A DNA stretch of 62,985 nucleotides, filler included, from Reticulomyxa filosa (Eukaryota > Protista > Foraminifera), in the NCBI GenBank assembly GCA_000512085.1. It is 16 parts of 16 records of this genome, joined end to end, with 100 filler letters (N's around TTAATTAATTAA, not from the genome) between each part and the next. Parts side by side here need not be neighbours in the genome. Positions count along the whole stretch, not along the records: positions 21,043 to 29,213 come from ASPP01024931.1; positions 29,314 to 31,936 come from ASPP01012990.1; positions 32,037 to 33,955 come from ASPP01028334.1; positions 34,056 to 50,652 come from ASPP01006110.1; 12 more parts are not named here. One strand, written 5' to 3'. How positions within the stretch are numbered: the first letter of the stretch is position 1; every line of letters begins with the position of its first letter. Below the pieces are notes generated by a model that made no database searches, was not told where the DNA came from, and worked only from the letters and a program-made list of their open reading frames with translations. The translations under genes were made by a program, and so were the position numbers. Shown here one piece after another: positions 26,053-39,811 of this stretch.

Positions 26053-29023
26053 CGCCCCTTCTCCTCGCTTCTGTGCTTCTTTTTTATTGCAGAGAAGGAA
26101 TAAATCAAGTAAAAGAGTACAAAATTAACGAGATGCAAGAAAAACTTTGCATCAACTATTCCAAAGATATCCTTTCTACAAAAAACCTCTCGTTTTGTAA
26201 AGGTGACTACTTTATTCGTGCTATATTTTACTTCTTAAAACGTTATGCCCTATTAATTTGAAGGAAGTTTTTTGATTACCAGTTCAAGTATTTTACTACT
26301 ACTTTTTCATTTTTTAAAAAATCTAATTCTTGTGGGGCCTTTCTTTAGAAAATTCTTGTGCGCTTAGTTTTTTCAGATGCAAACTTGATTTGTTGATGGA
26401 GCAAGCCTTTGACATATTCATTTGTTTTAAAAATCTTTCAGACAGCTCACTGCGAGCTGGTTGATTGCAAAGTGTTTAAACAGGTTTTAAAAAAAACTGG
26501 CTGCACCTACTTTTCGCATCAAAAATACTAAGTGCGAAAAAGTGAAAAATAGAAAAATGACCAACTTTGGATTTTGTTATTCCAAATTGCAAAAAAGAAT
26601 GATAAGGTATTAAATGAATTTGTTTTTTTTGTTTAAAAAGATGAAACAACTTTTTTTAAATAATGAGTGTCAGTGATTTTAAAAAAAAGATGGGAATCTC
26701 TCTGATATTCTTTTTTTTAAATATTAATCAAATCCTTTTTTTTAGATTTGTTTTGAAAGTTTTGTTTGTTTATTTTTAAAATAATAGGTGCACGCGCAAA
26801 ATTGAACGCAAATTTTTGATAAATGTGATAAAATTGTTTTTTTTAATATAAAATTGTTGGTTTGGAGGCTTTGTTTCTCTTAAATAATTTACTGATAAAC
26901 CAATTTCAACAAAATCTTTCACAAAAAATGATTTGTTTCCTTAATTCCGAAGTTTCTTCAATTTCGAAAATCGCTTGCTTAATTCAAAAAGGAAAGAAAA
27001 CCGATAAGATAAACCATGTTCAATTAATTACAATAAAGTCAAGAAAAATTATCGGAAGTTTTTTTAGTTAGAGACCAAGGTTTATAATGGCAACGTTTAT
27101 ATCAGAAGACACTGATCGATCAACTATCTTGGAATTCTCATAATAATTTGAAGAACCGAAAAGTTTTTTCGAAAAATTTCGTAATTTTTCCTTATTTAAA
27201 GGTAAAGAGCAATTTGAATCGACTACTAAAGACTGCATAATTGTGGTTTTGATGTTGCGAGTAACTACGAGTCAAAAGTGTAAGAATATCAAACTTATAG
27301 AAAAGAAAAGGATGATATTGTTAACTTTGATAACGAAAGGCTATTCACTGAATTTTCATGTGAATTCGGACTATACACAAAATTTCTCATTATATAGAAA
27401 TTTATCAATTTCGGATTTATATCGTGACAAATGTTTTTTTGCCAATTCGCTTCGTTTTTGGGTTTACTTCGTCGTAAAAATTAGCAAGTTAGAAAGACAT
27501 ATAAAGCTTTAATTCAAAGTATATTGATTGAAAATGATAATTTTCTTTATTCTATCATGAAAAACGTTATAAAAAAAAAAGAAATTAAGTATAAAGATCA
27601 AAGTAAATATAATATGACAAAGCAATATTTTCATTTATATGAAAACTAATTTAATTATTTTATTGTTACTGGCTATATTACTATTTGAAAGAAATACAGT
27701 CAAACAAAAAGAAGTATGAAAATATCTACAAACAACTTTTGCCAGTTTTTGTGCTGCAAATTTCACCAACAAATTTGTTCAAAAGACAGCATTATCCTCA
27801 AATCCAAACAGTTCCATTTAAAGTTTTCAGATATTTCAAGATATAGGATCTAATTTGCAATATATTTTATGACAATTTTTTTTAGTTTATCTTCTCAAAG
27901 TATTTTTGAAAATATTGGCAATAAATCATCTAAGACAATTTTTTTGTAATACATAAAAATAAATTCAAAAGTTGAATTGATGTCTTTTTTTGTAATGAAG
28001 ATAAGCATGAGATCTACTTGTCACTTGTTATTCAGTGACTTGAATAAAATCGGTCAACTTATGAAGATATTCTTTTGTTTGAATTATTTTTTAAAATCCT
28101 GTGAGAATAAAAAAATATAATTTTTCTGGAGTGAAAAGAAGAGTTGCGAAATTTCTTAAGAAATAGTGTGTTTTTTAATTTTCTTATGTGAAAATCCTTT
28201 TAATTGAAAATCACGCACAAAATCTAAAAAAAACAATCGCATCGTCTCCTTTTGAAAAACAACTCAAGAAAAACATTATTTTGAAGAAATTGGAACGTGG
28301 GTCAAACAGGAAGAAATACAAAAACGTCACTTCTTCAAGTTTTCCATATATGTATATCAAGGGGTTGCCAATTACGAAAAATAGAACTATGTTTATTCTT
28401 ACTCCAAAAAAATTAGAGGATCTTTTAAACTTCAATTAAAATTGGGGTGAAAAAAATCTCTCCAATAAAAAAGGATATATCTAATATTTTGCAAAAAAAA
28501 AATTAAATAAGTCTATTGTAATTTGAACATAGAAAGTGGACGCTTTTTCAAACAGTTGAAAAATATTCAATGAATATTCTTTGAAAATACAATTTTTTAA
28601 AATCAAAACAACATTTAAAGACGATATGATTTATAAATATTTTAATTGCTTTCTAAAATTTACTTCATTCTACCGTATTGAATAAAATTTGCTCACTCAT
28701 CGATCCATCCTAATTTTATCTTTAAATTTCGTGTACCTTTTTGTTGCGAAATCTCCATTGAGTTAATAAAAATGATAAAACAAACTGTTAAAAGATTGAA
28801 AAAAGCAGAAACAGCACAAAAAAATTTTTAAACTGATAACTTTTCTTTGAATAAGAAATATGTTGTTCAATTTCTATTATCAAAATTCTTTTGACAATTC
28901 CTTCATTAATTTTAAGAAAAAAGTTCAAGATCAAGTATTCGTTTATTGGATATTCGATCTGTTCAATGAACACATAGATTATGTGAATGCTGTTGATATT
29001 CACCATTCGTAGTAAATAACATA

Positions 29024-29213
29024 CAGTAGATTGCAAAAAAAACTGCAATACCTAAATGGCACTATATGAAGAGAATCGATTTTCTTCATGAAAAATAAAG
29101 ATTTAAACCTAATTTTTTTTTTTAAAATATATACTAATCTTGTAGTTTTTAAATATGAAATTGGTTTTATGATAAGTTTTTCTAGGTTGATGAAAAATAT
29201 GATTTTTTGAAAT
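29024..29213 (+). mobile_element. Tc1-like transposon terminus (TIR plus subterminal region), truncated at contig end
   Basis: TA|CAGTAGATTGCAAAAAAAAC. 29078-29160 aligns with the reverse complement of about 190-271. Confidence 0.75.
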
Positions 29214-29332
29214 NNNNNNNNNNNNNNNNNNNNNNNNNNNNNNNNNNNNNNNNNNNNTTAATTAATTAANNNNNNNNNNNNNNNNNNNNNNNNNNNNNNN
29301 NNNNNNNNNNNNNCGCTGCCAAAAAAAACCAA

Positions 29333-29369
<37 letters not shown>

Positions 29370-29429
29370 ATCTTTGATTTCCGATCATTGAATTAATATT
29401 AAATGAAAATAAAATAAAAAAATAAAGGA

Positions 29430-31872
29430 ATGTGTTACAAAGCTGGAGATATCCAGCATAAAAAATATTACCAATTTCAAGCGCAACGTATGAACTACTG
29501 TTCCGAAGAGGTGACATTGACGAATGGAGGGAAAACAAGTCCAGAGGATGGAGATGGAACACCGACCGACGCGATGAAAAGTGAGGGATTGAAAAGTCCT
29601 TACAACACTCAACCCAAGGTGACGAAAGTGAAGGAGATGGCCAAATTCGAAGATATAATCAATTTGGATAGCAACAACAATAACAACAACAACAACACTG
29701 AGAAAAAAGAGGCACAGAGTGACGACAAAAGCAAGCCTAAAAATAATATCAGTAACAATTTGGCAAGAGGGGAGGATGAACACGAAAATGTCGGTGTCAA
29801 CAAGTATCCGCAAACTGCGCATGTGCTCAACTGCGTGCACGGAAGTGTGATCTTTGAAAATATCGGACATTTGCATCAAGGAATAGTGTCCTTGCTTACC
29901 TATTGTCGTGATCACAAAGACATAATGGAAATCGTTGGCGTCGACAATCCATTCACGAAATATCAATATCTGTATTCTACGTCCAATCCTAATCTCCAAC
30001 GTCAAGCATCCAATCCGACCCCTGTCCGTGACAACGGCCATGACAATGACAATAAAAAGAAAAGACAAACTTCTTCGATATCGTTGCTACTTGCGTCTCA
30101 AAAAAATAAAAAAGGGGCAAAGAAACCACAGAACGTTCATCATTATTCTGAGGAAAAAGTGGGAGTGCACGATTCGGAACACGAGAAAGACAATGAGAAA
30201 GAAACAGAAACAGAAACAGAAAAAGAAACAAAAAAGCAAAAGGAAAATGAAAAAGAAAAAGAAAAAGAAAAAGAAAAAGAAGAAAGTGAAAATAAAACTG
30301 GCAATGGCAATGACAGAGACAAACGCAAAATGGCCAAAATCAATGACTATCAATGCATCAAATTTTATGTGACTGTCAAACACAACCAGCGCGCGTTAAT
30401 TTGTGAAATTCAGTTTATTTTGAAATGCATGCTCGAATTCCGCCAACAAGCTCGACCGTTGTCAATTGTCAAAAACCATTACCATCCATTGGTCAAAGGA
30501 GCCTATCGCACCCTCACCTATGGCCTCGGTATGCATCACGCCAAACTTCGCAATCGTCACAGCAATGCGTCAAGCAGCGTCAACAATGCGCCTTCTTCGA
30601 GTTTTTTCCATCGACATCCTTCATTTGTTTCTGCTCCAAGGTAACAAACATATACATATATATATATGTATATATACATACAATATTTCAATGCTCGAAA
30701 CTTACAGCTTGGGATTAAAGAATCTTGATAATAAGAACAAAGCCGTAAGACGTGCCAAACCAGACAGCCAGATCGCCAGTCCAATGTTGAAAAATCGCTA
30801 TGGCAGTGGCAGCAATGTCATGGTGAACCAATTTGTTCGAAGTGCGAGTATCGGAAGCGAGAGTCGCAGAAGCAGTGGACGCATGCAAGACGTCGACGGA
30901 GCTTTGGTGTTGAGTACTGCCGTGAGCAAACGTATCACCACGGCCACGCTTCAAAACCACCACTCGCGTACTTCACAAAGCGGTGTGCAATTTGTTTGAA
31001 CTTGTTGTGCGAAAAGAGCTAAATACATAAAGGTGGCATTTTTTATTCGATGTCACGTTTAACGAGATTATGTATAAAAAATAAAAATAAAAAAAACAAA
31101 TAACATCATAATTTTTTATTTTTTTATTTTTTTTGCAAAACAGGCGTAGTGGCTGCAACGATAAGAAGATCATCGAATTTGAGCAATCGATCCTTTTTGT
31201 TTGGTGGTCGCAATGGCCTTGTTGCGCTGGAAGTGAGCCATCCTATAGTCGGGTATTTCGACAAAAAATTGCAGCTGACGACCTTGTCCTCGCCGATATT
31301 TCATAGCAAAATCATCACTCCTTTGGTAATTCGTTATCCATTTCTATTCCAACGCTCGTACTTTGTATTACATCAAAAAGATTGGGATGAAAACAACTTT
31401 ATGATGCGGATGGCCAAGTGTTGTGGAAATGTGCACTGCGTGTATCCCTTTCCTTATCTAATGAAAAAGCCCTTTGAAAGAGAAACAGGATTTAATGCAG
31501 AACATTTGAACAATGAAAACCATAACGACCCTTCTTCTTCTTCTTCTTCTTCTTCTTCTTCTCCTTCTCCTTCTTCATCTTCAGAAGAAACAAAAAGATG
31601 CGAAGACAATCGCTTCAAAGTACAACGTTACAAGGCCGATCACTCGCCTTTGTCCAAAGTGTTGTTGCCTTCACTAAATCCACAGTGCATTAAAGCCATT
31701 TTGAATTTGATCCCTCCTGACGTTGTCGACAGACAATTGAAAGATGAGGTCAATTGCTTCGGCTTCACTGCTTTGATGAATGCCTTTGTCTTCCAACACG
31801 ACCTCAAAGTCATTCGATCCTTTGTGCCTAAACAACCTGATCTCAGCTATTGGGAAATGGTCGAGCCGAATG
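29430..31872 (+). CDS. Multi-exon protein with degenerate RelA/SpoT-like nucleotidyltransferase domain and ankyrin-like repeats; partial at both ends
   Basis: AHVLNCVHGSVIFENI...MEIVGVDNPF...DYQCIKFYV...ICEIQF. Later HSPLSKVL...CIKAIL and GFTALMNAF...LKVIRSF. Confidence 0.6.
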
Positions 31873-32423
31873 TTTGTTAAAATAGACAAGTTTTTTTTTT
31901 TTTTATATAAAATAGATTCACTTTTTACCAAAAAAGNNNNNNNNNNNNNNNNNNNNNNNNNNNNNNNNNNNNNNNNNNNNTTAATTAATTAANNNNNNNN
32001 NNNNNNNNNNNNNNNNNNNNNNNNNNNNNNNNNNNNAGCGTTAAGAAAAAAATTGAAGAGCATACACACTTTTTATTTCCAGTGTTTGGATAGACAAGTG
32101 GAAGTTTGCAGAAACAAAGTAAAAACAAGCACAAAACGATCAGTACACAATGAAACACTACGAACACAATACTAAAGAAGTAAAAACAATACATTTTTTA
32201 GAAGAGTAACATGAATTTAAAACGGCTAGGACTCTATTTTTTCTTTTTACCACCAGTGTCACTAGAGATACATCATTCACTTGCATTCTGGCATGTATTA
32301 CATGTCCAAATCTGATATTGCATGTCAATGCCACTGTTATTTATTTATTTATTTTCCCGTTTTGATTTTTATTTTTCTCTCTTGTTTTTTTAATCAGAGT
32401 TTTCACCAAAAAAAAAAATAATA

Positions 32424-33885
32424 TTACACATTTAGCTGAAGGTCCTTACCATTTGGTCTGCCATCGAAACACAGTTGCTCCCCACAGATACCACTTTTAC
32501 TCTGTGTTGCGACGCATGGTATCGGCGATGTTGTTGGGACCTTTAGTCGGCCTGCGAGTTGGATTTCTGGAAGATGGTAATGGTTGATATTGTTATGCGT
32601 TGGCGATCCAGTTTGACAAATGTGTTTGGTCATATGTTGGTGACCCAGTCTGATCACGTGTTGATGATTTAGTTTGGTCCAACGACTAAAGCCGATTATC
32701 GAAAGTACGTGGAGTTCCAATCAATGGACCTTTCTGCTGTCGCGCACAGGTCATAAAATATAGACACTTGGAGCTCAAAGTAAACGCTCCAAAATTTTAT
32801 ACCTTGGCAATAGTGCAACTTGGTGCATGCACACATTGGTATTTCCATTCTCTTTCTTTCCCCCCCCCCCCCCCAACAATATGCTGCAGGTTGGAGTTGG
32901 AATCGGAGAAAAAGTTGCCGACACGCCATTGCTGCGATCAGAGTAGAGGGGGGGGGGGAACCTCACATTCGCGCGATAATCATCAATCGTCACTTCCAAA
33001 GCACTCGACGAGATAGTGATATTGGAAATTGTAAAATACGCACACCTATTTTGTTTGATTACAACAACTTTGCATTGAATTGTCAAAGTGATATCTGTCT
33101 ACTACAAGTATTCACTGTATCACTCATTCATCACAAAGTAAAACAGTTACGACAAATATACCTGGCAAAGCACAGTCGCAGCGACAAAAGAATTAATACT
33201 TTTGTTCGCGATACCAAGGGCCCCCTTTCCTCGTTTGATACATCTGTTGCCTCCAAATTCGGGAGTGGAGCCAGTCAAATTTATTTCCCGATAAATATCT
33301 TCCAGCAAGCATTTTTTTTTTTCTCCGAAAAAAAAAAAAGCATTGAGATCCGGAACATCCATGTTTGTCTTGGACCATGCGCTGATGAGCTCTGCTCGTC
33401 CACGACATAGATCGTGTCATCGATCGCTATACTTCGCCCCGCCCATGGAGTTTTTATTGGGGAATCAGTCGGATTGATTGTTTGATCGGTAGGTGCCATC
33501 GACTGATTGGTGGTTGGAGTTGATGTCAAAAGAAAATGTTGGTGTCGTTGTTGTTGTTTTAGTATTGCTGATGAGGACAACATTGGCATTGATGTAGACC
33601 CTATTGTTGGTGCTGTTGATGGTAATAATGCCTGACTTTTAGTGTCATTTACATTCGCGTCCCAAAGCAGTCGCGAGAGCTGTAACGTCAAATACATACA
33701 GTTGATGCTTGGTTACGTCTACACGAATACAAAGACAACAAAAGTAAACATTAATGTATGTACCGTTGGCGCAACAATAAACAATTGCGTGGTTTGTCAC
33801 AATGACCGCAACTTCCATAAGCGCCCCAGCTCTTACACTCATACGATCTGAGACAACGTTCATTCAATTCTGTACTTCCATCTAT
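32424..33885 (-). CDS. Multi-exon hypothetical protein fragment; frame not resolved
   Basis: Coding-like blocks (ORFs 33751-33945, 33281-33697, 33147-33362, 32775-33086, 32424-32720) separated by homopolymer-rich gaps. Confidence 0.35.
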
Positions 33886-34055
33886 AGATTCAACAAAACA
33901 TATCCTTTTCATTACTAAAGACAATATTATTCTTTCGTTGATCATATAATATATCNNNNNNNNNNNNNNNNNNNNNNNNNNNNNNNNNNNNNNNNNNNNT
34001 TAATTAATTAANNNNNNNNNNNNNNNNNNNNNNNNNNNNNNNNNNNNNNNNNNNN

Positions 34056-34806
34056 ATTAAAAAAAAATGTTGGGTGTTTGAAATTGAAATACCAAATTCC
34101 TCAACGTGCGCATAAGCATCGACGGGATGTCTCTTTAATTCAATGACCTGAAAGCAAGCCATTAAATACGCCCCGTTTGCAATTCTTTGTGATTCTTTGT
34201 CACAATAATAATACAGTTTGCTATTTCTGTATCGAGGGTCCTTTTTTATTTTTTTAGAGATTTACATTTCATCTTTGCAGTGGTATGTTCACATGCGTAC
34301 TTTTTTTGAAAAACAAATATAATATTTACTTTAAGTTTGTGCTTAAGTATCGCACAAAATTTGTACAAACATGCCAAATTCAACGGCCCAAAATCAACGA
34401 AAAATGGTTCGTATCTCAACAAGGTGTCCACACTGAAGAAATGCTGCGAGTCGGAGCTTTTAGGATTTGAACGTGTTATCATAAAATACAAACGATCTAA
34501 CATTCAACGCAATATTCACAGGCAATTTTGAAACAATTCAGCAGTGTTTTGTTTTTGTATATTTATTGTGTTTTGTTTTGTTTATTATTTTGTTTCTCTG
34601 TTTATACTTTGCTTTTTACAAACTTGGAATTATTGGCAACGCCTGTGCTACTTCAGTGAATTTTTTGTCGGTCTGATTAGCTTTCGCTATGGAATTTGGA
34701 CCTTTACCCGCCCCCCACGTCCGTGTGTAATTTTGTTTCGCAGAAGAAGAGAAATGAAAGAAATCAGCCAACCAAGAGAATTATTTTTTGGTTTATGTTC
34801 CGACAT
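34056..34806 (-). CDS. CDC14: CDC14 dual-specificity phosphatase, N-terminal domain (3' truncated)
   Basis: Spliced MSEHKPKNNSLG...ALPIIPNRLYF...YEPFFVDFGPLNLACLYKFC...RIANGAYLMACFQVI. Confidence 0.92.
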
Positions 34807-35153
34807 TTCACAAAGCGGTCTGGCTTTCTCTGAGAATAATAAAGCAAACAGGGAACTAAAGAAACAACAAAAAAAACTTCACAAATCGTCTCAAACAATT
34901 AACACTGTCTTTCATTTTGGATGAAATGCATTTTTAAAAGAGTTTGAGGTTTAATTAAAATATTGAGAAAACAAATAAAAGATTTCTGCTTTGGCATATG
35001 CTGGAAAAAAAAGTAATTTTACGCGATTTTAAGTTGCGCATTGATTATCACCATTTGGTGCTGCACAACCACTTGCACTAAAATTTGGATGAGATAGCCA
35101 TTTTACAAAACTTCATAAATCAAAACTTGCAAAAACACAACATCTCACATAAT

Positions 35154-36140
35154 CTAAGCAGTGGATTTTTCAATTGGCAAATTCCATTCGTATTTGGTTA
35201 GAAAAGAATATTTATCTTTCATTGCTTGGGCAACATTTTTGATTGCTTGTTGTTTCAACTTTGATATCGACTTTTTTACTTTGAATGTAGCCTATTCATT
35301 TGCAAACACATTATTCTTTGGCGTAACTCTTTCGTTCAAATGTTTCAATTCTCTCTTTTGTCTCAACTTTTTGTTTGATTTTTCTTTTTTTCTCTAAAAC
35401 GGATATCAGTTTTGCGTGTTTCCAGCCAAAATCAATCATCAATCGACCCAAACGAGTAAAGGGACGATTTGCGTCCAATCGTAAATGTCGATACGCAGTT
35501 ACAGCACGCATTTTGCGAATATGCATAAAACGTGGCGGCATTCCGTCATAGCAATGCAGCAATGACATCGCTTTTTTGCCACGATTCGTTTTGTGTGGCA
35601 TCATCCCACGAACGACGCGGAAAAATACACGAGAAGGTTGACGGTAATGGAAAGGGCCACGACGAGGATTGGTGCACATACGGTGTCGGAAAAATCCTCT
35701 CATTTTCACTTTATATAATTTTTATGTGTCAAATATTGATTGTCATTGTTAATGATGCCATTTTTTATTTGTTGTGAAACAGTCCTTAGTGAAGATTTTG
35801 TGCTGTCATTTGTCTCTTTTTAACAAAAATTGACCAAGATCAAGTTACTCACACGGTATCTCGCATAAAAAAATTAACGGAAAAAAATGTCCAACAAAGA
35901 AAACAAAAATACACACGTTTGTTGCGAATAAAATGGCCCGACATGACAATACGCTCACAACGCAGGATATAAATCTTGGTTCCCATCAATAGATGTTTTG
36001 CAACAGTGGATGCCAGTCGCCCTAATATATGATCTTTGGCATCGATTATCTGTTCGCAAAGTCATCCAAGAAAAAAATGCTACGTCAAAAAAAAATACAA
36101 AATGACATACCAAACATTTTTGTAGCTCGTAAGACGTCAT
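35154..36140 (-). CDS. RPL13A: 60S ribosomal protein L13a (uL13), multi-exon
   Basis: KDHILGRLASTVAK; TNPRRGPFHYRQPSRVFFRVVRGMMPHKTNRGK; FTRLGRL...GWK. Confidence 0.95.
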
Positions 36141-36586
36141 GTTTTGGAAAGGTTTTTTGATTGCAACCAAAGGTCAAAACACCGAATAAAACTCAATGAC
36201 AATAGATAAAAAACTTCCTTTTTTTAAGTACAAAACAATTGTACTTACCGTTCGATAATTTGTTCTTTTGTTCTTTCATAAGAATTATGATAATTTTGTT
36301 TTTTGTAATGTGTAAAGGATCATTAACAAAAATTATATTGTGTTAACAAATTAAGCTTGTTACCTTCTGACAGTTGAATAAAGTATTAATGCGTACAACA
36401 AAGAATAGCAATGAAATATGAAATTATTAGAGAAAGATGCTATAGATGTATCACTTGTTCATGGGTATCATAAAGACTAGCATTCAAATGCAATGCAATT
36501 TCAGTAGTTCCTAAGTGACACTTTGTGACTACTGCAAAAGGGTAGTCATGTCTGCTGAATTTTTGTGATATAAATATTAATTCAGC

Positions 36587-38207
36587 ATGGCGGAGGTCCA
36601 GGCAAGTATTGAACTGGGTGTGGAAGTGAAACCAGAGCATGAAGAACCGAAAGCAGTGGATTCAAAGCAAGAAGAAGAACCAGAGCATGAAGAACCGAAA
36701 GCAGTGGATCCAAAGCAAGAAGAAGACCCAGTGCCTATAAAACCAAAGCAAGAGAAAGAACCGGATACTACCGACGATACGAAACTACTATATAAAAATG
36801 AAAGTAGGATCAAAATCAACGCATTCACATAAAAAATCCACTACACAAAAAAAAAAAAAAATCACCAATCAAAAAATCCTTCAAGTGATCAATACACATA
36901 GCAACAGCATCCTCCAGCTTTCTGAACGAATTGAGTGTATCGTACTTCACAAATGAGAAGAAAATGGCAATTGCATGGTTGACATTTATAACGGCTTACT
37001 GGAGCATCGTGATGTGGATCCCGACCTTGATCCAGTTTAACTTTGCGACCTCAGGATTTGGTCTATGTTAAGTTTGTGAATACAAACAACAAAGCAGTCA
37101 CACTGTGTTTCGTCATGTCAGCACAATTGTCTGACACATAAAACAACGTATAGATTGTGTTGGTTTAAGTTAAGTTTTTTTTGTTGCATCTTCGGAGTAC
37201 CCCTTTCGTATTCTCGTTTTTTTTTAATCGGTGATACTTCCTTTTTTTTCGGACGAAAGCTTTGTTTTGTTCCATTCTTGTGTCAAAACGGAAACACAAA
37301 AGTCGCAATCTCTGCAGAAGGGGCGTCACTGTATGGCGATTATTATCCCAGCGGCGCAACAAAGGCCCAGCCAAAAGGACACAAAGGAAACGGGAGATTT
37401 TCGGCACTATTTTTGGTAATATGCATACTCGCGGATATCTTTGGATTGGCCTACGTAGTACTGACTCGTGATACCCGTCTGGATGAATATTTTCGAGCCT
37501 TTTGCCATTTTTTTGCGCTGGTTTGGTGCTCATTATTTTATTATAATCGTTTGGTCAAAGAAAATCCCCAAATGGCATGGACTGTGTTTTGGGAAGAGTG
37601 GATTGACATCGTGTCCACGGTCATCATGATTTTAATCCTTTACAACGCATACGAGGAAAAGCATCATGCATCACACAGTTTTGCTTCAAACACTTGTCTC
37701 AAAAAACACATCTACGCAATTGCAAAAGAGATCATTTTGATAATGCACTAGACGCCTGCTTCAAGTCTGGTTTGTGCAGTACGTATTGGATCGTGTTTAT
37801 TCTGCAATTGGCAGGATGGCTACTCCCAATGATGACAATTGAAGGCTGGGGAGCTGAAAGGCATGCTATCAAAGTGGCATTGCATTTGTTCATTTTGGAT
37901 TTATGTACTAATGTTCCTATTCTCATTGCGGTCATTTCCACAAGTTTGATCTCCTTTTTTGAGTAAACGGAACAAAAAAAATTATAAAGTTGAATAAAAT
38001 AACGCAAAACAATCGATATTTACACAGGAGGCTATGCCGTAACGCCCGCAATATTTTTTGATGTGTTGTGGAAAGCAGGCGGTTTTATCCGCTCAAGTTC
38101 TTATTTCATGGTATATTATGTTTGGCTTCGAAGAGGAAAAAGAAATCACGAACCTGTGACTACTGAGAAAAAAAAAAATGGTCCAAACTTAAAACCCAAT
38201 TTTTGAT
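36587..38207 (+). CDS. Multi-exon hypothetical multi-pass membrane protein with acidic repeat N-terminus
   Basis: ORFs 36587-36832, 37155-37751 and 37694-37966 plus small exons. Several transmembrane-like segments. Confidence 0.55.
36631..36726 (+). repeat. 48-bp coding tandem duplication (PEHEEPKAVD[S/P]KQEE x2)
   Basis: Two near-identical units at 36631-36678 and 36679-36726. Confidence 0.95.
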
Positions 38208-38541
38208 TTGGGTCAATACTTATATTTGCATGCAATCAATGTCAATATTCAATTTTGTCATCTTTTGTTTTTGCATAACTGAATCTTCTGTATACTTTTA
38301 TTAATGCTTGCAATCTTTGTAGAAATCTCGCTTTTTTTATGTGAAAAAGGAAAAAAATCAAAAGGTTTTCTTTTTTACTTTCAAACAATGAACAAGAAAA
38401 CTCTTTGGTAATATCCCATTTGAACCGATTTTCTACATCATCATACTGAACGATATAAAGGTTTGAGAATTTATCATATCTCGTTCTTTCCTTTGTTTTA
38501 TACAAACATTTGTTGCGTTGTATCAAATAGGTTTAACAACA

Positions 38542-39026
38542 ATGTCGTTTTTCAAGGAGGCCTACAGACAAGCAGGTGTAAGCTATTTGCAATACACAAA
38601 TATTTGTGCTCGAGCCGTACGAAACTCTCTGAAAGAACCTTTTCGTTCTGATGCTATTTTGAGATCTGATTTGTATCGATGGACAAAAGTTACATTTGGG
38701 CCAAAACAAGCGGCAACATACGGTAAGATTTGTTAATGAAAAACGGAAATTTCTTTATCTTTTTTACCATACCAACAACATGAAATAAACACGAAAAACA
38801 CAGAAATGCAAACGAATTACAAAGACGCTGAAAAAACTAAATTAGAAAACTATGTTGCTGATAACAAGAAATTGTTACAACCTGAAGAAACCAAAGAGAA
38901 AAAAAAAACTAAAGGTACTTGCTGTGGTCCACTATTTGTTGCGTACTTTTTTTTTCAATTCACTTATGTGCAATGGATACCTCTTTTCTTTTCCTTTTAG
39001 GGAAATCATCTTGTGCATCGTCATAA
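38542..39026 (+). CDS. ATP5F1E: Mitochondrial F1 ATP synthase epsilon subunit with C-terminal extension (3 predicted exons)
   Basis: AYRQAGVSYLQYTNICARAVRNSLKEPFR. GT-AG introns at about 38723-38803 and 38915-39000. Confidence 0.85.
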
Positions 39027-39811
39027 ATTTGCTTAAACACAACAAGTGAAAAGATTTTTTATTTTGGCCCTTTCTGAAAAATACATAATAATTTATATCA
39101 ACGTCAGCAATTTTTTAAATGATACTTGGACTATAAGAATATATTCAGATTGAATTTTTTTTATCGAAATATTTGATTTTTCTTTAATATTTATCTATTA
39201 CACTCAGAAAATTTTCAAGTTAACGAACTTTCAAAATATAAGTAATTAAACTTTTTAAATCGAATTGAAATTAAATTATTGAAGCCACAATGATAAGTTG
39301 GCGTTTTCAAGTTAAAATAGATGCAGAAATTGGCTGTAGCCTATTTTTAATACTTTGAAGGCGCAGAAGACAATATCCCAAAGAAATCTGATATTTCTTC
39401 TAAAACTTCTTTATTTTTACATAACTTTCTAAGTCTTTTTTGGATTCAATCGTTTTCATCAATATTTGCAAAAGGAATATCCTTGTATATACTTTAATCA
39501 TGGCTATCAGTAGAGCACATAGTTATGTTTGCCTTTATCATTCTCTAATTAGTGATTTAGATTATTCTTTATTGTTCAAGTGTTTTTATCAAGTTTCCAA
39601 AACCTTGAGAAACAATGCCAAAAATTTAAGTAATGTGTATTTACAATCAAAAACAGTGATTTACAGTAGTTGAACTGTTTCCGTCTGGAAATAAAAGCTC
39701 AATAAGGTTAGTGACCTATCCTAGACCAGGAACTTGACTAGTTGGCATACATAAAATAGTGGGATTGCCTGTTATCTCTTGAAAAATTATTTGTTTGAAA
39801 AGTTCCAAAAA

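Noticed and set aside
26100-29000. Short AT-rich ORFs in a long intergenic stretch (also the ORF-free contig 54538-55564)
   Set aside because: No motifs, splice structure or coding-like composition that I can support.
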